52,483 bases of DNA from an uncultured Slackia sp. (GTDB taxonomy: Bacteria > Actinomycetota > Coriobacteriia > Coriobacteriales > Eggerthellaceae), in assembly GCA_900553775.1 (NCBI GenBank), contig USEZ01000001.1, positions 1 to 52,483 of the forward strand, in the 5' to 3' direction. How positions within the stretch are numbered: position 1 is the stretch's first letter; each line of letters starts with the position of its first letter. This document shows, one piece after another, positions 48,729-52,483 of the stretch. The notes below the pieces were generated by a model. The model worked only from the letters and a program-made list of their open reading frames with translations. It made no database searches and was not told where the DNA came from. Both the position numbers and the translations under genes were made by a program.

Positions 48729-50072
48729 CTAGAACTCCAACGCCTCGAGCTTCTCGAACACCACGTCTTTGTGGCCCAAAAACGCCCACGGATCGAAGAT
48801 CTCATCGAGCACCTCGGCCGAAAGCTTCGCTTCGGAATCGGCCTCCAAGCGCTCGCGATACGTCGGGCCGTCCACCGCGTTTTGGATGTCGTCCCACACG
48901 GCCATGGCGTTGCGCTGCACGATCGCGTACGCCTCTTCGCGCGTGATACCCGTGTCCACCAGCGCCAACAGCACCTTCGACGAATAAATCAGGCCGCGCG
49001 TGCGATTGAGGTTGTACTCCATTTTCTCGGGATATACCTGCAGCCCGTCGAGCATCCACTGCATCTTGCCGAACATGTAATCGAGCGCGGCGAAGCTATC
49101 GGCCAGAACCACGCGCTCGGCGCCCGAGTGGGAGATGTCGCGCTCGAACCACAGCGCCACATCGTCGAAGCCCACCTGGGCGTTCGCCTTCACCACGCGC
49201 GCGAGGCCGCAGACGCGCTCGGCCGTGATGGGGTTGCGCTTGTGCGGCATGGCGGAGCTGCCCTTCTGACCTGCGCGGAACGGCTCTTCGGCCTCGATTA
49301 CGTCGGTTTCCTGCATGAGGCGCACCTGCAGCGCGATCGTTTCGAGCACGCTGGCGGCGACGGCAAGCGCCGAAAGCACCTGAGCATGGCGGTCGCGGAA
49401 CAGCACCTGGGTGGACAGCGGGTCGGCCGTAAGGCCCAGCTTCTCGCACACGTACTGCTCGACGAACGGGTCGATGCTCGAATACGTGCCCACCGCGCCC
49501 GAAATGGCGCCCGTCGCGGCCACGGCGCGCGCCTGTTCGAGACGCGTCTGCGTGCGCTTGAGCGCCCAGGCCCAGCTGCCGAACTTCATGCCGAACGTCA
49601 TGGGCTCGGCATGGATGCCGTGCGTGCGGCCGGCGCACAAGGCGTCCTGCAGCTCGAAGGCGCGGCGCTTGCACGTTTCGCCCAGAGCCTTCACGTCTTC
49701 CAGAATGATGTCGATCGACTGCACCACCTGATACGACAGCGCCGTGTCGCCCAAATCGGACGAGGTCATGCCGTAATGCACCCAGCGGCTGGGCTTTTCG
49801 GCGCCCGCGGGCACCTCGGCGTCGATATGCTCGCCCATGCAGGTCAAAAAGGCGATCACGTCGTGATGCGTAACGGCTTCGATTTCGTTGATGCGCTCCA
49901 CGGTAAAGCCCGCATGCTCGCGGATCCACGCGGCGTCTTCTTTGGTGATGCCGCATTGCCCCAGTTCGGCCTGCGCCTCGCAGGCAAGCACCTCGATTTC
50001 CTGCCAGATGGAGAACTTGTTCTCGAACTCCCAGATCTTGCCCATGGCGGGACGCGTGTAACGAGAAATCAT
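48729..50072 (-). CDS. purB: Adenylosuccinate lyase
   Basis: MISRY, HDVIAF, HYGMTSSD, GRTHGIHAEP, GSSAMPHKRNP, ERDISHS. Confidence 0.97.
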   Translation of the reverse strand: MISRYTRPAMGKIWEFENKFSIWQEIEVLACEAQAELGQCGITKEDAAWIREHAGFTVERINEIEAVTHHDVIAFLTCMGEHIDAEVPAGAEKPSRWVHYGMTSSDLGDTALSYQVVQSIDIILEDVKALGETCKRRAFELQDALCAGRTHGIHAEPMTFGMKFGSWAWALKRTQTRLEQARAVAATGAISGAVGTYSSIDPFVEQYVCEKLGLTADPLSTQVLFRDRHAQVLSALAVAASVLETIALQVRLMQETDVIEAEEPFRAGQKGSSAMPHKRNPITAERVCGLARVVKANAQVGFDDVALWFERDISHSGAERVVLADSFAALDYMFGKMQWMLDGLQVYPEKMEYNLNRTRGLIYSSKVLLALVDTGITREEAYAIVQRNAMAVWDDIQNAVDGPTYRERLEADSEAKLSAEVLDEIFDPWAFLGHKDVVFEKLEALEF

Positions 50073-50481
50073 GCCGTTCCTTTCAGCCGAGCGGCGCCGT
50101 CGGGCACGCCGGGGCCATAACGACCAAGGCGGCGCGAAACGGCGCAGCGCTCTCGGTTTCACTGCGGTTTCATTATAAGTTCCACTATAGCGGCGCACGA
50201 AACCGCGCCGCGGCACACGAGCGGCGGCGATGCGAAAAGGATGCGCGAAAAACAGACTCCCATGCCGCGAGCGGTGGCGGCGCCGCGCGGCATCGAGAAA
50301 GAACGGCCTTTCAGCGCGCTCTTGCGGAGCGCAAGAAAGGCCCTCTTTCGAGTGATCGAGGCAACCGAAACACGCAGGCCCAACGCTCGCGCAGCAGATT
50401 CGTGCGGCAGGCGCCGCACAAGGCATCCGCCGCGCGCAGCAAGCTCGCACGGCAGGCGGCCGCGCGACGGGCGCGCCGACG

Positions 50482-51162
50482 CTACAGATGGGCGAACAGA
50501 GCGCGCACGTCGTCCACCACGTCGTGCTCGGCGATCACCACGGCCTTGTCGCCCGGATACAAAACGGAATCGGGCGCGGCTATTTCGGCATCGTCGTCTT
50601 CGCAGCGGTCGATCGCCACCAAGAGCGCGCCCTCAGGCAGCGCGATCATATAGGCGGGCACGCCCTCCTCGGGATCGAAATGCTTCATGCGCGCAGGAAC
50701 GCTCAGCTCGACCAGGACGATATCGCCGCGCGAGAGGGCCGACACCACGCCCACGCTTCCAAGCAGGGCTTCTTCCTCGATCATGTTCGCAATGAGCATG
50801 GTGGACGAAACGCTTTCGATGCCCACCTCGCGGAAGATGCGCCGGTTCTTCGGGTTGTTCACGCGAGCGATGCAGCGCGGCACGTTGAACACGCGCGTGG
50901 CGATTTCGCACGCCACGAGGTTGTCGTCGTCGCGGCCCGTGACCGCAACGAATACGTCGGCGTTGCGAATGCCCGCATCCTCCTGAAAGTCGGAATCGCA
51001 TCCGTCGCCGTTGATGATCAGATACTGGCCCTGCAGCTCCATGGATAAACGGTCGGCCTGCGCCCGGTTCGCTTCGAGCACGGCAACCTCGTGATGCTGC
51101 TTCAGAAGAACGTCGGCCAGGTAATTGCCCACTTTGCCGCCGCCCATGATGACGATGTACAT
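50482..51162 (-). CDS. trkA: TrkA/KtrA potassium-uptake RCK protein
   Basis: MYIVIMGGGKVG, GDG, AVTGRDDDNL, IARVNNPKN. Confidence 0.92.
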   Translation of the reverse strand: MYIVIMGGGKVGNYLADVLLKQHHEVAVLEANRAQADRLSMELQGQYLIINGDGCDSDFQEDAGIRNADVFVAVTGRDDDNLVACEIATRVFNVPRCIARVNNPKNRRIFREVGIESVSSTMLIANMIEEEALLGSVGVVSALSRGDIVLVELSVPARMKHFDPEEGVPAYMIALPEGALLVAIDRCEDDDAEIAAPDSVLYPGDKAVVIAEHDVVDDVRALFAHL

Positions 51163-51215
51163 CGTTCCTCCCGGTAGACGAAACGCCCGCGCCGACGGGC
51201 GCGCGAGCCCGAGCC

Positions 51216-51881
51216 TTACAGGCCCATCTGCATGTATTTGGAAAACGCGCCCAGCAGGTCGTGACGCACGCACGCCAGAACGCTGTCGCCATGGTAAAGC
51301 ACGCTGTCGCGCGTGGGAATGGAGCTTGCGCTTCCGTCGCGGCGCTCGAACACCACGATGCGGATGCCGTGGTTGCGCTCGAGTTCGGACACCTTCACCT
51401 GGCTTCTGTCGGTGCTGGAAAGGTCGAGCGAAAAGCGCAGGATTTCGAAATCGCCGAACGTGTCGAGATGGCTGCCGTGTCCCGACAGGATTTTGGAAAA
51501 CACCTCTTCGGCCACAAGCGACGTGCCGCATACGTAGTCGAGCCCGAGCTGCATATACGCGCGCTCGCGGGCGGGGTTGTACAGGCGGGCGATGACATGG
51601 GGCACGCCGTACAGGCGGCTGCCCACTTCGGCCACCATGAGGTTCGTGTTGTCGAACTGGGTGACGGCGGCCATGACGTCGCAATCTTCGACACCGGCTT
51701 TGACGAGGGTTTCCTCGTCGAAGCCCACACCCTGCACCGTGGAGCCGTTGAAGTTGCGCCCCAGGTTCGCGAACGCGTTCACGTTCTTGTCGATGACGCA
51801 CACGTTGTTGCCGTTATCCGACAGCATGTTCGCCAGCTGGGAACCGACGCGGCCGCAGCCGACGACGATCACGTTGCTCAT
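51216..51881 (-). CDS. trkA: TrkA/KtrA potassium-uptake RCK protein (second copy)
   Basis: VIVVGCGRVG, GVGFDEETL.KAGV, DNTN, VIARLYNP. Confidence 0.92.
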   Translation of the reverse strand: MSNVIVVGCGRVGSQLANMLSDNGNNVCVIDKNVNAFANLGRNFNGSTVQGVGFDEETLVKAGVEDCDVMAAVTQFDNTNLMVAEVGSRLYGVPHVIARLYNPARERAYMQLGLDYVCGTSLVAEEVFSKILSGHGSHLDTFGDFEILRFSLDLSSTDRSQVKVSELERNHGIRIVVFERRDGSASSIPTRDSVLYHGDSVLACVRHDLLGAFSKYMQMGL

Positions 51882-52018
51882 ACCGATCCTTTCACCAGGC
51901 ACCCGCATGGTGCCGATTTCTTGCTGCGCTTAGCATACTGCATGGATGCGGGCACGACCAGCGTCGCCATAGAACGGCGACAAAGGCGTAACGTGGCAAT
52001 CAGGCACTTAGGAACGAA

Positions 52019-52034
52019 TGTTTCACGTGAAACA
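52019..52034. other. parS site (perfect)
   Basis: TGTTTCACGTGAAACA, extended palindrome GAATGTTTCACGTGAAACATTC. Confidence 0.92.
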
Positions 52035-52119
52035 TTCCGCAAGGCCATCGTCTCGAACGCATGCGGAAGAAGGATTCGACGATGGAAAAGGAACCGCCGG
52101 CTCGTGGCCGACGGAACGT

Positions 52120-52483
52120 TTAGATCATCTTCATTTGGCCGATAGTCGCCTTGAACCAATGATCCGTATTAGGCGGACAGTACTTGGCAGCGTTCGCATA
52201 CGTGATGGAGTAGCCGTAGCCGTTTGCCAGGCCCGCTACGTGAGCGTTGATAGCCTCTTCCCAGCTGGACCAACTCTTATCGCCCCAGCCCCATGCGTTG
52301 TACGGAAGGAAGCACACGGCGCCCTTCGAGCTTTCAGTGTTGGAAATGGCCGGAGACCAGCGCGGATCGACGCCATTGTCCCATGCAGCCGTAGCGAACG
52401 TCACGCCCTGTCCCGCCAAGGGGGAGCCCGCAAGATACGCATCGATTCGGGCAGTCCATTCTTCGATAAACGCCTCTTTGCCA
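52120..52483 (-). CDS. Partial C-terminus of a lysozyme-like (possible peptidoglycan hydrolase) protein
   Basis: IDAYLAGSPLAGQG.TF..AA...GVDPRWSPAISNTESSKG...NAWGWG..W.SWEEAI...YCPP. Confidence 0.6.
   Translation of the reverse strand, partial: GKEAFIEEWTARIDAYLAGSPLAGQGVTFATAAWDNGVDPRWSPAISNTESSKGAVCFLPYNAWGWGDKSWSSWEEAINAHVAGLANGYGYSITYANAAKYCPPNTDHWFKATIGQMKMI

Noticed and set aside
292..52145. Many long antisense or alternate-frame ORFs (e.g. 1393..3345 -, 18886..20679 +, 21154..22911 -, 46873..48636 +)
   Set aside because: Shadow ORFs expected in high-GC DNA; they overlap well-supported genes and are Arg/Ala/Gly-rich without motifs.

Overview
High-GC chromosomal segment, most consistent with an Eggerthellaceae/Coriobacteriia gut anaerobe (inferred from a multi-TM LuxR regulator, an SLH protein and the gene repertoire). 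Two parS sites (44992, 52019) suggest it lies near oriC. Core content: a YdhW-like gene, a ferredoxin, a nickel/[NiFe]-hydrogenase maturation cluster (nikR-hypF-hypC-hypD ... hypE), pgi, yhdT-panF, LytS/LytTR and OmpR-type two-component systems, queT, an M18 aminopeptidase, purB and two trkA genes. There are two accessory inserts. (1) About 3.8 kb between hypD and hypE holds a frameshifted Ntox50-like toxin with a coupled acidic ORF, a collapsed hsdM remnant, a small hydrophobic peptide gene, and an AAA ATPase preceded by four 17-bp palindromes. (2) A lower-GC island of about 5 kb (about 37.2-42.2 kb) carries an intact IetA/IetS-type ATPase + S8 protease module with two divergent partner genes. 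The most unusual items are an intact IS1634-type transposase homologue that has lost its DDE residues (candidate domesticated gene), a C8 tract that frameshifts the best-supported start of the SLH surface protein (candidate phase variation), a yjdF riboswitch in front of a broken yjdF gene, and a pseudoknot-capable queT leader. All family calls come from motif recognition by eye; no database searches were run.
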